From Amphiscolops sp. MND2022 (Eukaryota), in contig OZ076413.1 of assembly GCA_964187785.1 (NCBI GenBank), forward strand, positions 44,394,001 through 44,458,000: DNA of 64,000 bases, given 5' to 3'. Position numbers and translations under genes: made by a program. This document shows positions 12,584 to 26,613 of the stretch, one piece after another (positions within the stretch are counted from its first letter, which is position 1; each line of letters opens with the position of its first letter). Below the pieces are notes generated by a model, which was not told where the DNA came from, did no database searches, and saw nothing but the letters and a program-made list of their open reading frames with translations.

Positions 12584-13190
12584 CGTATAGCTGCTAATTA
12601 TTTATCTGCTAATCGCGATAGTAAATATCCGCTAATAGTAAAAGTTAATATTTGCTAAAGATATAGCGCTGGTAAATACCTGCTAATATTAACAGTACTT
12701 CTTTAATACGGAGGTGAAAACAAAGCCAATCCGCGTGCTTATGTGCAATCCATTTGGTGCCTATTCATACAGCACAAAATGAAAGTTTGGTCCCATACAG
12801 CCGAATTCAAATTACTAGTTTTTAGTGCTGTTACAGCCAATATGTTGGAACTTGATTTATTTGGAAAGGTTTGCATATTTGTTGTATGTCTCGGTCGCTT
12901 CGCTCCCTTCGCCAAGTAGCAACATTGAGGCATGGCCATATGGCACGTCGCCCCGCTTAGCTTAGCTCCTGCATTTAGGGCACTAGGGGTATGTGAACAT
13001 AGCTGATTACGTTTTAATAATAATTCCAACAAAATCTGACACGCATTTTCAGCTTAGTGAATTCAATTCGCTTATCTTCTTGCGTTAGCAGGTATTTACT
13101 ATCATTGTTAGCAGGTATTTACTAAAAGAGTATTTTTAGCAGATACATACTGTTCATTTTATTAGCAGCTAAATAATTAGCAGGTATATG
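12584..13190. mobile_element. MITE-like element with terminal inverted repeats and reiterated CTGCTAA subterminal motifs
   Basis: Left CGTATAGCTGCTAATTATTTATCTGCTAAT versus the reverse complement of the right end CATATACCTGCTAATTATTTAGCTGCTAAT. No coding capacity. Confidence 0.7.
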
Positions 13191-13551
13191 CTTCCCCCGT
13201 TAAATCTGGCTTCTCTTCGCCAGAAAAATTATGGTTTGGTTTCATCATTTGGTTTTTCTTTTTAAATTCTTGTTTCAGCTTTAAATCTGCTTCTGACAGC
13301 ATTAGCCAACGTTCTTAAAAACTGGATAGTCTCACAGGAGATGTTAATACATAAGTAAAGTCTGAAAAACCTCCGATTACAATTCCTCAAAGAGATCAAA
13401 GAACCCAGAAAACATTGGGCTTATGAAGGATAATTCTGGCAGTGACCTCTTACCTGGTCAATGACGAAAATGATGTCATACTCTATCAATTCGCTCCCAA
13501 ATAAAGGCGACAGAGATCACGAAGACTGGAATTTACCAATTTTTACCAAAA

Positions 13552-13720
13552 CATATCGCATCGACAATCAAGGAATTCAGAAAAACAATTCACTAAGTAT
13601 TGTCCAATCGGTGTACTGCCCTTGTTTTTAACTTTCAATGTTTCGTAAACACTTACGGAAACTTTCATGCAAAAATAATTCCCTGTTCTATCTGGCTTTC
13701 CTTTCATCAAGCCTATTTCG
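13552..13720 (+). repeat. 169-bp direct repeat, left flank of element B
   Basis: Matches 19377-19545 with 6 substitutions. Confidence 0.95.
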
Positions 13721-13723
13721 GTT

Positions 13724-13960
13724 TGTGACATATGCGACATATGCAGACATGACCTCTAAACTCTCAACCGTCAATACGGACATCAGACAGAGAGACATTT
13801 GGTGCTATTGACCAACAAAACTCTAATTGCTGTCTATTTATGTTACTCATAGATGAAAACCTTTTAGTATACATTTTGATGCAGTGATCGGATACTTCGA
13901 TACGAAAGTTACCTCTTAAATAGAAAACACCGTTTTACCCAGCCTCTTGAGAATACAACA
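13724..13960 (+). repeat. 5' LTR of B
   Basis: TGTGACA...ACAACA. About 8 substitutions plus a 9-bp duplication relative to the 3' LTR. Confidence 0.95.
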
Positions 13961-13972
13961 TGGCGCAGTAAC
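13961..13972 (+). promoter_or_regulatory. PBS of B (TGGCGCAGT, tRNA-Ser-like)
   Basis: Directly follows the LTR-terminal CA. tRNA identity is inferred from resemblance to Ser-type PBSs. Confidence 0.75.
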
Positions 13973-14084
13973 AAGATTTTACTCTTTTAACCGTGTGATA
14001 CCGAATTTTATCCAACCAAGAAAACATGACCACCGAAAGAAATAATATACAACTACCCCGACACCGGATTCGACGGTAAAAAAA

Positions 14085-17000
14085 TTGTATACACCGAAAG
14101 AATGGACGGAGCGACTACGACACTATATCAAACGAATCTACGATATAGATATAAAACCGCCGGCGGCATTATCCGGGGAAACAATACCTACAAGCTATAG
14201 ATGGACGGAGAAAGAACCGGAAATAAAGCAAGACCTTATCTGGGGAGCCGGACCATCGGCTATCGAAAACATAACTAAAGGAGATTTCAATACAGATCCA
14301 GATACCATCAACACAGAAAGACTACTACAACTATTCGAAGATTACTACATGTCCAAACGGAACACATACAACAGCCGTGGAGACTTCTCCTGGGCGAAAC
14401 AAGAAGAAAACGAAACCCTAGAAGAACACTGGAGAAAAATAGTCTCCCTTGAAAAAAAATTGCGAATTCAAGAACATCAAACAAGAAGACCTGCTTATCT
14501 CGAAATTTATCACCAGTAATACCGAAACAAAACTACGGGAGAAACTCATCCGCGAAAAAACATTGAATCTCAAATCAACAATGGATCTGGTAACCCAAGA
14601 CAGTTATGAGAAGAGACACAAGCAATCCACGATACCCACAGCGCTCGTAAAAGAGAAAGAAATAAAACAGGAACCAATACAAAAAAATACACAAAAAATA
14701 CCAACCAAACAAAAACACATACACTGGGAAGCCAACACAAAAGAAAAACGACTGTGGATTTTGCGGACAACAAAATTAGACACCATCACACAAATGCCGA
14801 GCAAAGACGGCAGAATGCAACAACTGCCACAAACTGGGACACTTCGCAAGAGTATGCCGCAGCAAAATCGAAAACACAAAAAAGGGTAAACTACACCGAG
14901 GAAATCTACAGTAACGAAGAAGAAGAAAGCGAACCCGATGAAATCAGACAAATATTGCAAATCAACCGGATACAACCGAACAAAAACGACCACTATGAAA
15001 TCAAATTGAAAGTAAACGGGAAATATCAGAGCTTCACAATCGATACCGGATGCCCCGTAACCATAATGCCAAACAACCCAACACTCTACAAACAAAGAGA
15101 TATCCAACAGCTACAAGAAAGATATCAAGACGTGAACAAAAATGAGAACAAATTCCTCGGCAGAATTTGGGCAAATATCGTACAAAATTCAACAAATTGT
15201 TTGGAACGAATCACACAATCAAGAACACGGAAGTAAAAATCCAAATAAACCCTGGATGTTAACCGATTCAACAAAAAGCCAGACCAATACCATACCACTT
15301 ACAACAAGATGTGAAAAACGAACTGGGCCGACTAAAAAATCCGGGCACCTCGAAAGACTGGAAACAATCGAAGAAGACTGTTTCGTATCCCTCGTAGTGA
15401 TTACGGTAAAGAAAGACAAAACAGTAATAATTGCGCTAGATGCTAGAAAACTACACGAAAGCTGCGTAAAAAAAAGACCGCACATGCCAAACATGGAAGA
15501 ATTACTAACCCAAATATCCATCGAACTATCAAGGAACGACCACGACCCAATATGGATTTCCGTGACAGATCCCGATTATGCTTACGGACAAATGAAACTA
15601 GCCCCGGAAACCAACAAACATTGCAACTTCACAGTGACATGCGAAAGCATGAATGGATGTTACCGATTCCTAAAAGGTTTCTACGGTCTGGCTGTTATAT
15701 CAACAATTTTCCAAGAGAAAACAGACAGAACACTCGGACACCAAACACCCGTTTGGCTAGATGACATCATCGTTGTAACCCGGGGAACAAAAGAAGAACA
15801 CACACGAAAGTTATATTCGGTACTAACGAAACTAGAAAATGAAGGATACAAAGCAAGCAAAAAGAAATCAAAATTCTACCAAAAAGAGACATTATGGCAC
15901 GGACACACAATTTCGCAGGACGGAATCAGACCCAACAGCGAAAAAACTGACGCAATAAATAAACTGAAACACCCCACAAACACCAAAACACTGAAGTCCT
16001 TCCTCGGTGCCATCCAATATTTCGCAAAATTTATACCGAATCTTTCCGAAAAGACCGACAACATGAGGCAATTTTTGAAAAAAGGAACAAAATGGAACTG
16101 GCCGACGAACGCAATACGGTCTGCAACAAAATAAAACAAGAACTAACATCCTTACCGTGCCTAGCCCACTACAACGGAAGTAAAGAAAACATTGCACGAC
16201 CGGCGCATGCATCACCGGGCTAGGAGTAGCACTATGGCAAAACCAGAACAACGGAGAATTAAAACCCATCGCATTTGCCAGCCGCTACCTAAATGATGCA
16301 GAAAAGAATTACTCCATTGGCGAATTAGAATTTCTAGCCATCGTATGGGGTTTAGAAAGATTCCGATTCTACCTATACGGAAAACAAACCCAACAATTCT
16401 CGGACCACCAAGCACTCGAACCACTACAAAAAAGGAACAAAACAAACAAACAGTACAGCGCCCGATTAACAAGATGGCTAGACAGATTGAACCAATTTCG
16501 ACATCAGTCTAAAACACACCGCCGGGAAAGAAATAAAATTCACGGACTTCATTGGTCGTAATCCTACCAAAAAGCCTGAACCAGAAGCAAATTACGAAGA
16601 AGAACTCGTGATGAACGCCATCGCGCAACTAGCAACGGTAAACGCCCGTATAGGTTGGATTTTTAACCAATCAGAAACCGAGAACGCGGTCAATAAAACG
16701 AGCATGCATGATACGCGCACGCTAATTGATACGCGACACTGCCGAGCAAACAAAAGTCATTTTGATTCCAATTTCCACTCATTAGAGCCGCTTGTAAACG
16801 AAAGTGATTCCAATTACTCTTCATTACAGCTGCCCAAATACGAAATTACCGTGAATCATTCGAGAATGAATAACAACAATGATGAAAACCAAAACACAAG
16901 ACAATCCCGAAACGACCGACAAACACGCTACCACTGGGGCGCAGACGACGAGATTATGGCAATAATCAACAGCAGAGAAAAATCACCCGAAACTACGGAA

Positions 17001-18730
17001 CTAGTAAGAAGACAAACCGAACTTGCGAGACGCGGAGCAATGAGACCGCAGTGGAATAAAGGCTTGGGCCGAGAAACATATGTACCCGGAGGAAGACGAA
17101 AGAAGGGGAATAAAAAGAATCAACATCCGGGTAAAAAGAAAGCAAGAACTGTCACGGGTCGGCGGCGGATATTTCAGAGACTTTGGCGATGAAAAACCGC
17201 AAAGACCAGAAAACACGGAACAAGAAAATAGCAACAACGAGAACAGAGACACAGAATCAGCCACATCATCAAACACCGAAGAAGCCGTGACAATACACGA
17301 ACCCGGAGCCTATCCCGCAATACCCGTTCAGGAAAACCGTGACAGCCCCATTGAAGACATAGCTGTCCACTAGGATAAACCGGGTAGTAGAACAAAAAGC
17401 TACCAGAAACAAACAACAAGAGGACAATATAAGAGCAGCCGAATTGGATTTCATGCTGGATCTGGAAACACTGATTAAAGAAACGGCTGCCGACCCAGAA
17501 CTGATAAAAGTAAACTACTGCCTCGAAGAAAACAGCAGCCACCAAGTCCCACACGACTTCCAAAACCGTAGCCAAAAAACTAACCCATAGATGGGGCATC
17601 GTCATGGTGGATGACCGTATCATCATACCCAAAACGCTACGATATGCCGCTCTAAACGCCTTGCACTTCGGACACCCCGGAATTGACAAGATGTGCGGCG
17701 ACGCAGCCATATTCTGGTGGCCGAATATGCAGACCGACATCGAGAAGAAGGCAAAAATCTGCTCAGCTTGTCTCAATGCCGGTAAGAATTTAAAGTTCCA
17801 ACTACCCTCTACTGGAAGAAAAAACAAAAATTGAATCACCGGAAAAGCCGGGCGAAGAAATCCTATTGACTTTACCGGCAACTTACATAACAAAACATTA
17901 CAATCTAATCCGCACATTCTAGTTGCTTTAGACAAAACTAGTCGATGGCCGGTGGCAAAAATATGCAAAACACAAGCCACAAAACCGTTATTACAATCCT
18001 AAATGAATGTATGAATGTATACGGAGTACCGAAACGAATAAAATCCGACAGGGGCGGCGCCTTTATCTCAAAAGAATACAACGAATTCTGTAAATCGCAC
18101 AATATAATCTGCGACTACGGCACCGCAAACCTACATACCGGGACTGGATTGGTTGAACGAACCATCCAATCAATCAAAAACTTGATACTGACAAACCTAG
18201 AAGACGAAATAAACTTACGTGAAAGAGTAAAAAGGGCACTACATGTGCTAAGATTTACAATACATTCCGAAACCAAAAAGACGCCGTTCGAAACTCATTT
18301 CGGACTGGAACCCAGAACTAAACTATCTAACCTAAAAAGAGCTGTTTCAGTAGATTCAAAAGACCTCTCCGTCTACATTACCCGAAATTCGGCGGGAGAA
18401 ATCACGGACCATCTGGTAATGTCAAAACAGAAGACCGTGGATCCAAATTCAGACAAGGGATGACATTCCAACAAACCAAAAAACCGACTGGTTCGGTTAG
18501 TGTGAACAAAATTGAATATCCTTTCAAATTCTACGAAAATAATTATAAAAAAAGATCATTAGACAGTAAGTTCAAAAACAAAAAAACCGCAGAAAAAAAA
18601 TCACGCCCAATCAACCACGAAAGAAGCGAAGATTGTGTGAAGAGAAAAGAACAGACCAGAAATAACAAGGCCAATTTACATTACCACCAAGCAACAACCC
18701 GGGAGAGAAGGAAATGGACCAGAATCTGAG
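14085..18730 (+). pseudogene. pol: gag-pol of B
   Basis: gag fragments 14085-14889, protease IDTGCPVTI (~15040), RT WLDDIIV (15142-16134), RNase H (~16140-16560), integrase HHCC (LHFGHPG...CSAC) and core (IKSDRG, GLVERT, TPFE). Many frameshifts. Confidence 0.93.
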
Positions 18731-19135
18731 CATCGTGTCAGACGAAGAATTTGACTGTTACAACAAATCCGATGGAAAACCGGTCCAAAGAGTTATCGAC
18801 GACGATTTCCAACTACTCCCAAACGACAACAAACTAACCCCCGGCCAAGGTATCTATAAAGAAAAAAAATAAAATAAATGAACCGCAAACATCGTTTAGA
18901 AGATCAAATAGATTACCATTTGCAAAAAAAGCCAAAAAATTAGGCGGAATACCATACCAAACAAGTAAAAACAGAAAGAAACAAAGTGATAACAATAGTG
19001 TATTACAGGAAAAGACCACAACAACAATAAAGGAAAATGAAAAAGAAAACCACCGCTCAGTCCGGAAAGAAACCAAAGAAATCCGTACAATACGGTACTA
19101 CAACAACAACAAACAACCTACACCCAATCAAATCC

Positions 19136-19148
19136 GGAGAGGGGGGAA
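19136..19148 (+). promoter_or_regulatory. Polypurine tract of B
   Basis: GGAGAGGGGGGAA immediately before the 3' LTR. Confidence 0.9.
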
Positions 19149-19376
19149 TGTGACATATGCAGACATGACCTCTAAACTCTCAACCGTCAATACGGACATC
19201 AGACAGAGAGACATTTGGTGCTATTGACGAACAAAACTCTAATTGCTGTCTATTTATGTTACTCATAGATGAAAACCTTTTAGTATACATTTTGATACAG
19301 TGATCGGATACTTTGATACGATAGTTAACTCCTAAATAGAAAACACCGTTTTTCGCAGCCTCTTGAGAATACAACA
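19149..19376 (+). repeat. 3' LTR of B
   Basis: Direct repeat of 13724-13960. Confidence 0.95.
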
Positions 19377-19545
19377 CATGTCGCATCGACAATCAAGGAA
19401 TTCAGAAAAACAATTGACTAAGTATTGTCCAATTGATGTACTGCCCTTGTTTTTAACTTTCAATGTTTCCTAAACACTTACGGAAACTTTCATGCAAAAA
19501 TAACTCCCTGTTCTATCTGGCTTTCCTTTCATCAAGCCTATTTCG
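19377..19545 (+). repeat. 169-bp direct repeat, right flank of element B
   Basis: Matches 13552-13720. Confidence 0.95.
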
Positions 19546-20371
19546 AAGAAGCATCCTAAAATTGACAATTTTAGGCCTTGAAGTTTTCCAGGTTTCGTTG
19601 AAAAGCAGTTCCATTTTAAATGCAACTAAGATGTTATCAATTTAACCGCTGCTTTAATGCAAAATACGTTCAGTCATTTTTGAAACTGCGAGATAGCTTC
19701 ATTGTCAGCGTGCTATTCAAAAAGCGGTGATTACTTTTAATATTCAACTTCAAAAGCGGCAACTGCAGTGGAATACTTCAAGATTTACATTCTGAAATTA
19801 CTGGATTTTTACAAAAAATTACTCTGCATGCAGGCCTACAGCATGTAAAAAATTCCAGCATCTCGACAAGGGTTTCTAAAACAACATTTGCTTCAAAATG
19901 AAGGGTTCTGAAACTGTCTCCAAGTTAAAAAGACGAATTTTCTCCACAGGAAGTCGTTCAGAAAGTCGAAGTCACGTGTTTTCAACTACTGTTTTCCTCA
20001 GAAAAATATTTTTAATCAGATTGACTCAAACCAATTTGTCCAAGCCGTGGATCTGAATTACTTTGATTAACAAGGATACTTCTAACAGAATGAGGTTACG
20101 TGGCTTGTTGGGACCTTTTAGACAACGTAATAGAATGCCAACGAATTACAACCAGTCAAAATGGATATTTGTTTGTCTTGCGTTTTATTTTTTATTCTTT
20201 ACCCAGTGGTATCCTCCTGGGCTTGTTAGGTCGTCAGCAATCCTTAGACTTTTTATTTTCCGCCCCCGTAAATTTATTTGAGAATGGGGAAGCAAAATCA
20301 TCATCTGTGTTTTTTTTTGAAATTCTGCGAAGTCTACACGATCTCCATCCACTTCAGTTGGTTGCAATTTC

Positions 20372-20445
20372 AGTTACATTGGCTCAGTAGGTAGTGCATC
20401 CGCCTATCACGGAAAAGACACTAGGTTCGAATCTCGCCTTTGAGA
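20372..20445 (+). pseudogene. tRNA-derived sequence (SINE head or tRNA pseudogene)
   Basis: A-box TGGCTCAGTAGG and B-box GGTTCGAATC at tRNA spacing, but no intact acceptor stem. Confidence 0.55.
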
Positions 20446-21097
20446 AGGCGGAAAATAACCCGGTGCTTAGCGGACGTCATGTTAGCATTTTTGAGTTTTC
20501 CATTCGTAGCCCCGTTTCTGTTTGTTTGCCAATAAACCAAAAACGCACTTCTTCGAAAAAAAGCATCCCAATGAATTGTTATTCCTCTTTAAGTAGATCG
20601 AACAAGACAGAATTGTTTTTCCTCGTGAAAAAAAAACATTTATTTATCGATGAAGAAATTTATCGTTGTATTTCTCAATTTGACAGAGAACTGAGGTTAT
20701 TGATTTTTGTAGACAGCTATCGATTATAAAATCGAAACTGTTTCTCAAAGTCAAATTGTGTCTCGTTACATTTCACTACCACCGCCGTAGTCCTCAGTAC
20801 TATCATACACGTTATACGACGTACGTTTCAATTTAGAACGCGGTTGTTTCTGATAACCAAAAAAATGAAAATAAGAGTTGATGCGATGCTACTCATTTTT
20901 TGAGACGGGTCTGGATTGAAACGAACAATTGAATTGAGATTGAGTAGTTACGACTAGACTTCATTGTTCTATAACCGTTAATCTTTGATGATTTTTAGAT
21001 TGCCTCTCGACTCAAAATTGTGAAACAACCGACTCAAGAAATCAATAATTCGACAAAGCGCCTTGTTCCTGGCCACTAGTAACAACGAATGGTTTGA

Positions 21098-21170
21098 AGC
21101 AACGGTGGTCTACCGGTACCCTACCGGCTTGGAGAGCAGGGGTGTAGGTTCGAACCCTTCAAGGGGCAAA
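21098..21170 (+). pseudogene. tRNA-derived sequence (SINE head)
   Basis: A-box-like TGGTCTACCGG and B-box GGTTCGAACCC. Cloverleaf not intact. Confidence 0.45.
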
Positions 21171-23099
21171 AAGCCTTTCGTCATAACCTCAAATTTAGGC
21201 AATGACCTTCCGTGACCTTTCTCGACCCAGACGTTTGACCTTCTTCCATTTTATTGTTATCTGAATATTGTCATTTAATTACGTTCACTATTTGTAGACG
21301 ACTATATTGTCATGCAACTATTGTATACCATTATTGCCGCCGTGCTTTTTCGTGTGTTGCTTTTTTAGTGTTGCATCATTGTATATTCATACTGTTTGTG
21401 TTGAACATTTTTACTTCCCGAACATTGAAAAAACATCATTAATTTTCTATCCGATTACGAGTCAAATACAGTCTTCCTTTTAACTTCGCTGTTTTTCCTG
21501 AGAACATGGTGCTGGACAGCATTATTATTTGGTCCGCCGTCCCGGATTTCAATCGACGTTGATGTGGCTATCCGAACCGAAGCCAACGGTGTACTCGAGA
21601 CGACTTGATTTCCAGTTTTTCGCAGTCTTGCAATTGTGTGAACAATGTTGACTCAACATTCCCGCCGACATCCCAGTGGTGCAACTCCGAAGGCAACACG
21701 CCTGTCGAGATCTCAAAAAACATCCTTGTGGTGACGTTAAAAAAAAAACAAAACGTAAACTGAAAACTAAAAACTCCTTTTTTTGTTTCAAACATACCTT
21801 TTCCCTTGACTGACTTCATGGTCAAAGTAGTTGGTGCTACTCCTCTTCGAAACGCTCTACGCACTGCCCCTTATCACCTTCAGAAGCAACTGCGTTGCAA
21901 ATTGCTTGCTGCTTTTGGCTTGAGCCTAAATCCTCTTGCAACTTCTGCAAAAGTTGCAAAATTTGTTGACAGGAGGTTCTTTGAGTACAAAAAGTGATAT
22001 TTTACTTTGGAACGACCTTATTAACAACACCGTCTCTCCTCCTAGGAGTAACGGTAACAGAATTTGTCCCATAGAAGAGCTGTTACATAGGCTCGCGCAG
22101 TACAATGACAAAACTAGCGCGTTTGGTTACACACAAAGAAGTGGTCTCCATAACGTTATAAAAACCCCTTTTCAAACAAAAATCTTAGTATTTGACGTTG
22201 AAAAGCACCTGCTCTCCCCCCGAAACCAAAAAATCCATCTTTTTCGATAACAGTTGAATCAACTACACCCTAGGCAATAGCTTGAATTGGAACTCTCTTG
22301 ACAGTCTTGAGCCATCAAGATAAGTTGAAAGGCCTTTTTAAAAATCAGCCTAACACACGACGCCCCTCGCAAAATAAAAGGAGGAACGCTCGCAAAAATA
22401 GTTCCTTGTAGATTCCTGCTGCTTGGAAGTTCTTTCGCAAGTGACTCAAGAGGATTCGATACTCCGAGGCACGAAGGACATTATTTCCAAGCCATTTCGT
22501 GTCCCCCAACCCCGAGTGCGGCTTTCTGGAATACGAAAAATCATACTTTTTTCTAACTTTCGCTGAGTCAATTTGAGAGTCTCCCAGAAGTTTTATTACT
22601 TCGAGGCTTGAGTGTCTGTTCCCCCTAGAAAATTTTCCCCAAACTAGTACTCGTTTGAATAACCCAATGATGGAACAAAAAATTCAGAAGAGTTTTGCCG
22701 CTCGAACAAAATTAGAAACGGAACTCAAAGCTCAACATTCACTGACCATTGAAGTGGTCGACCGGAAAAATATAAGAGCTGGAGTTAAAACTTTGATCAA
22801 AAGCTGCAAAAAAAGTGTATTCTTCTGCTGTCGAAAAGAGCGAAGAATTGGAAACATTTGTTACTCGTGCTACCAATAAAAATGAAATTTTACAGAGTTT
22901 AGAAATTTGGTTGATTAGCCATCATGAATCATTCAATCCTACGGAACGAGATTACTTTGGCACTTTGAGTGGAAGTGGAAACGCGAAGGCTGCTAGTGTT
23001 ATGTCGGACTCTCCGAAGAAAAGTGAGCCACCCCGCAAAACGATTCTGTTTAGATGTGATAATCTAGACAACATAATTGTCGCCTGTCTGTTTCGATGA

Positions 23100-25115
23100 A
23101 CTTAGTGAAGATGTTTTGGTTGAAACTTGTTCAAAGCACTTTTAAAACTCCCTTAGTGCCGAGAAGGAAGGATCAACCCATTCAACAGAAAGAACGCTAG
23201 AGAGATGTCTAAACTGGTTCGCAAAAAATCCCACGGAATCTTCTGAGTTTAAGGTTTTTCGTTGGAATGTGTACAAGTTAAAACCTGCAGAAACATTGAT
23301 TGACAATGAATATATTGTTGCTCCTCTGATAGGTTTGCAAGTCATTTTTGGTGCAGACACCACCGGACAATACAGACCAAGCGAAAACGTGCGAATGTGA
23401 GGAAAATCTGAGAAATATATAATTTTCATTTTGAATGAATATAAACTTTCGCAGTAGCAATTCTTTGAATCAAGGTATAGATAAGTTGTCTACAGGGCTG
23501 AAGTCAACGATACAAGCAAAGCTGGTATAACTCCAGCATAGCAGATATTGGTGCTTGCCATCTGGGTTAGAGGCAATTACACCAATCTTTCAAATGCAAC
23601 ATCTGAAAACAAAAGCTAAAGAATGAGTAGAGAGATGTTTTTGAAAGTCTTCGAAACCTTAAACAGCAACGACTTCATCATTTTGAAATTGCGATTCCTC
23701 AAAGCGTTGCAAGATCGTAAATGTAGTGGGTGTGCAAATGGACAATTTGAAAACTTGTTCCTTATAAACATATTAGTCATTAAATCCTAAATGATTTTCT
23801 TCAAACATACCAACAATATCCAAATTTTGTTCTTCAAAATTGAAAAAACCGTTTAAAGGCGTCTTCCGAAGGCCACCTCCAACTACCAAAAAGCACTTGA
23901 AAAATCAAAATAGTTCCTTTCACTGAAACTGGATGCTGCATCCGAAGATAAAGGTCAGTAGATCTACAATTTGCGCTTTTGAAGACAGTTATGGACACTT
24001 TTACTGAAAATAAACCAAGTGTCGCCTGTTTGCCAGAGGCTTGGATGGCTGAAGTACCTGAAAACATTCAATTCTCTCGTCACTTACTCATCTGTGTGGG
24101 GGTACTAGCAGAATCTTGTAAGGATTTTAGATTGTTTGAGTTATGTTAAACTTGATCTCATGTTTAAGAAATGTATAAAGAATCAATTCAGTGTCGAAGA
24201 AAAACAAACAATTTGAGTAAAAACTTTCAACGTGTTGTCTATTTCCACTGTCTGTGTGACAACATCAAAAAACAGAATGCTTTTATGCGAGGAAATATGG
24301 CTTCTGATACAAAGGCAGCACTACAAATGCGTTTAAAAAATTACAGCACTGATCAGTTCGGACAATGAGAAAACCTTCGACAGTGCTCGGCGAAGTGACG
24401 GACTCCTCATGAAGCTCTGGAGCGCTGGTAAACGAAGGAGCCTTTTAAAATAATCGCAACGTAGCTCAGAAATTGTCTTGTACGTACGTTTAAAACGTAC
24501 GTTTAAAACATAATGGTTTCGGACAGCTCCGCCGTCACCCCAAAACAAGCCCTTCAGAAAGGTAGTGTCCACTCTTCCAACTTTTTTGTTGTGCAGATAT
24601 GCTAGCAGATTGCTGTGGCGCAAAATTCAACTACGCTGGTGACTCGCAAATCTAACTGCGAACGACCAGCAAAGCTTTCAGCAAATCAATCAATGGAACA
24701 TGGCTATTGTCCAACAATGGTGTCGCCAATGGCGTCTTCCATGAAGCAAGAGCATTTCGAAGTTTTTTGATAACTGAGTCCAAGTCGTCAATCAATTTTT
24801 TTGCGGTTTTACCATTTAGTTTCATAGTTTTGATTTTGTTCATATATTTTTAAATATTTCGATAATTTAAAGCTGCATTTTGACATGCAGTGCCCTTCCA
24901 CGTACTAACCGTTGAAAAAAGTGTCCATCAACACATTTGATTTGACAATGGGAGAGAAGCAGAGGCCCTAAGGAGACTTCAGTGGAGCAAGCATGTCGTT
25001 TTGTTGGCAGGAAACGACTTTTTCGACATTTTTCCAGAAGTTAGTGCCAAGTTTTTGAATATATATTTCCATGTTTTCGTCCAATCAGACACAGCAATCT
25101 TGAGTTCTTTGTTAA
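23100..25115 (-). mobile_element. Highly decayed LINE, RT-containing 3' part (left boundary approximate)
   Basis: Remnant RT-like motifs (YKTISEL...KRLL ~ YRPISLL..K; QASGKQATLGLF ~ QGS.LGP.LF). Colinear with the 5' part at 41040-42750 across element E. Confidence 0.5.
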
Positions 25116-25120
25116 CGTTG

Positions 25121-26613
25121 TGTGATAATCCTCTACTGTACGGTCCTCATTTATGACCACAGAGTCATTTAAATCTATGTTTTGCATACCCAGAGGTTGC
25201 ATTGGCGTTCTAAGTTCATTCATATTAGATGGCCTGAAAGGATTACCCTATATTCCACTTTCCTGATTTTCTGGCTGAGATGCGTTTTCTACATCGCCTT
25301 CGTTACTTCTGTATTTTGAGGTTCCCGCTCTCGGGGTGTTTTGCTCTTGATATCTCTTGCTTGGTACAGATTGTGTTCTTCTGCTATTTTTCATCTCTTC
25401 CAGCACTTTCTCTAGTTTCTCTTCCATTTATTTCCTTAAGTTTGCTACTTCTTTATTTGTCTTATCAGATATTTTTTGGGTCCAGGTTTGCATTTCGTTT
25501 TCACTCTGCCTTCCGCTATCTAATACTGCTCCATCGTCCCTAACTAAACTAACATTTTCAAAGTTACTCAAGTTTCGATATCAGTTTCATTACCTTGTGA
25601 TGTTTCTATTTCGGGTGTGCTCAACTCTCTCTCAAGCGAGGGTAATTGTTCTCGTCTAGATCTTCTGTCTCTTTTGTTACCCACATTAGTCAGGTTAAAA
25701 TGCTGATTTGGAGAGAAAAATTTCAATTAGAATGATGAGCAAAATAAACGAAGATGAAATAAAATAGGAGAATTTGCACATAATGTTGGGTTGTCAAAGT
25801 TAGAACAAAAGTTTGGGAGGATGAAGAGAAAGGTCTGATTAGTCTGAAAGTTTTGTGTTGAATGATGATTTTTGGGTTTCTAACTCACCTTTCTGATTTG
25901 GGCTAAACTTATCAGCATGACAACCAATTTTTGGAACGTCATGCCTACATCATATTTATGTAATCATCAAAAATAGCACCCGATTTGATATAAAAAAAAA
26001 GTTTGTAAGTTACATCACTTCTATAAATAGATTCTTGCATGACTAATGTTCTCCTTCGTTTTGATTGGTCTTCACACTAACTGTACCAATCTGTTCATCG
26101 GTAACGAGAAAATTGTGACAACAAGTAGTATGACTCATATGTAATACAAGTAAGAATTCCATAACATTTTTGCACGTGTGATCAGATTTTTATGATGAAT
26201 CATTCTCCCAAATGTCATGGATAAAAGTATTGGAAATGCGAAAATATACTGCAATATGCTGCAAATTTAGTACAGCAACTCAATTCAAATTTTTAGGTCA
26301 GTATGCGTTAAAGCTTCAAAGAAGCCGCGTATAATTTAGTCATTTCACCAGAATTCGTACTAAGCGGTATTATGTGTCAAATAAGTTAACGCCTTGTAAC
26401 ATCTGGTAATTTATTTCTGAATGATTGTTGTTTCACAAATATGGCTAACAATAATAACAAACAAATCCAAATATCACTCGTGATCAAAAGGCATACAAAA
26501 ACTGATACAAAATGAGTTTCATGAATTGACGAGTTTTCTGATTTTGCTGTAGATGGGTGGTTCATTTGCCATTATCGTTGCACTTCAGCCAACACAAGCT
26601 CTAGGCTGTGACA
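25121..26613 (-). repeat. 3' LTR of E (~1.49 kb)
   Basis: Colinear with 39545-41034, roughly 90% identical by eye. Confidence 0.92.

Larger units (their letters stand above)
13724..19376 (+). mobile_element. Ty3/Gypsy LTR retrotransposon B, full-length but degenerate
   Basis: LTRs 13724-13960 and 19149-19376 (TG...CA), PBS, PPT, and gag-PR-RT-RH-INT order. Confidence 0.95.

Noticed and set aside
17174..17980. 268-aa antisense ORF in B, and similar shadow ORFs in A, C, D and E
   Set aside because: Opposite or alternative frames of compositionally skewed TE coding sequence, with no motifs.
20372..21170. Functional tRNA genes
   Set aside because: A and B boxes are present, but acceptor and anticodon stems do not pair. 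Treated as tRNA-derived repeats.
21800..23100. Possible TE protein fragments (21806-22250; 22655-23099)
   Set aside because: They look like decayed coding sequence but are too short and degenerate to assign.
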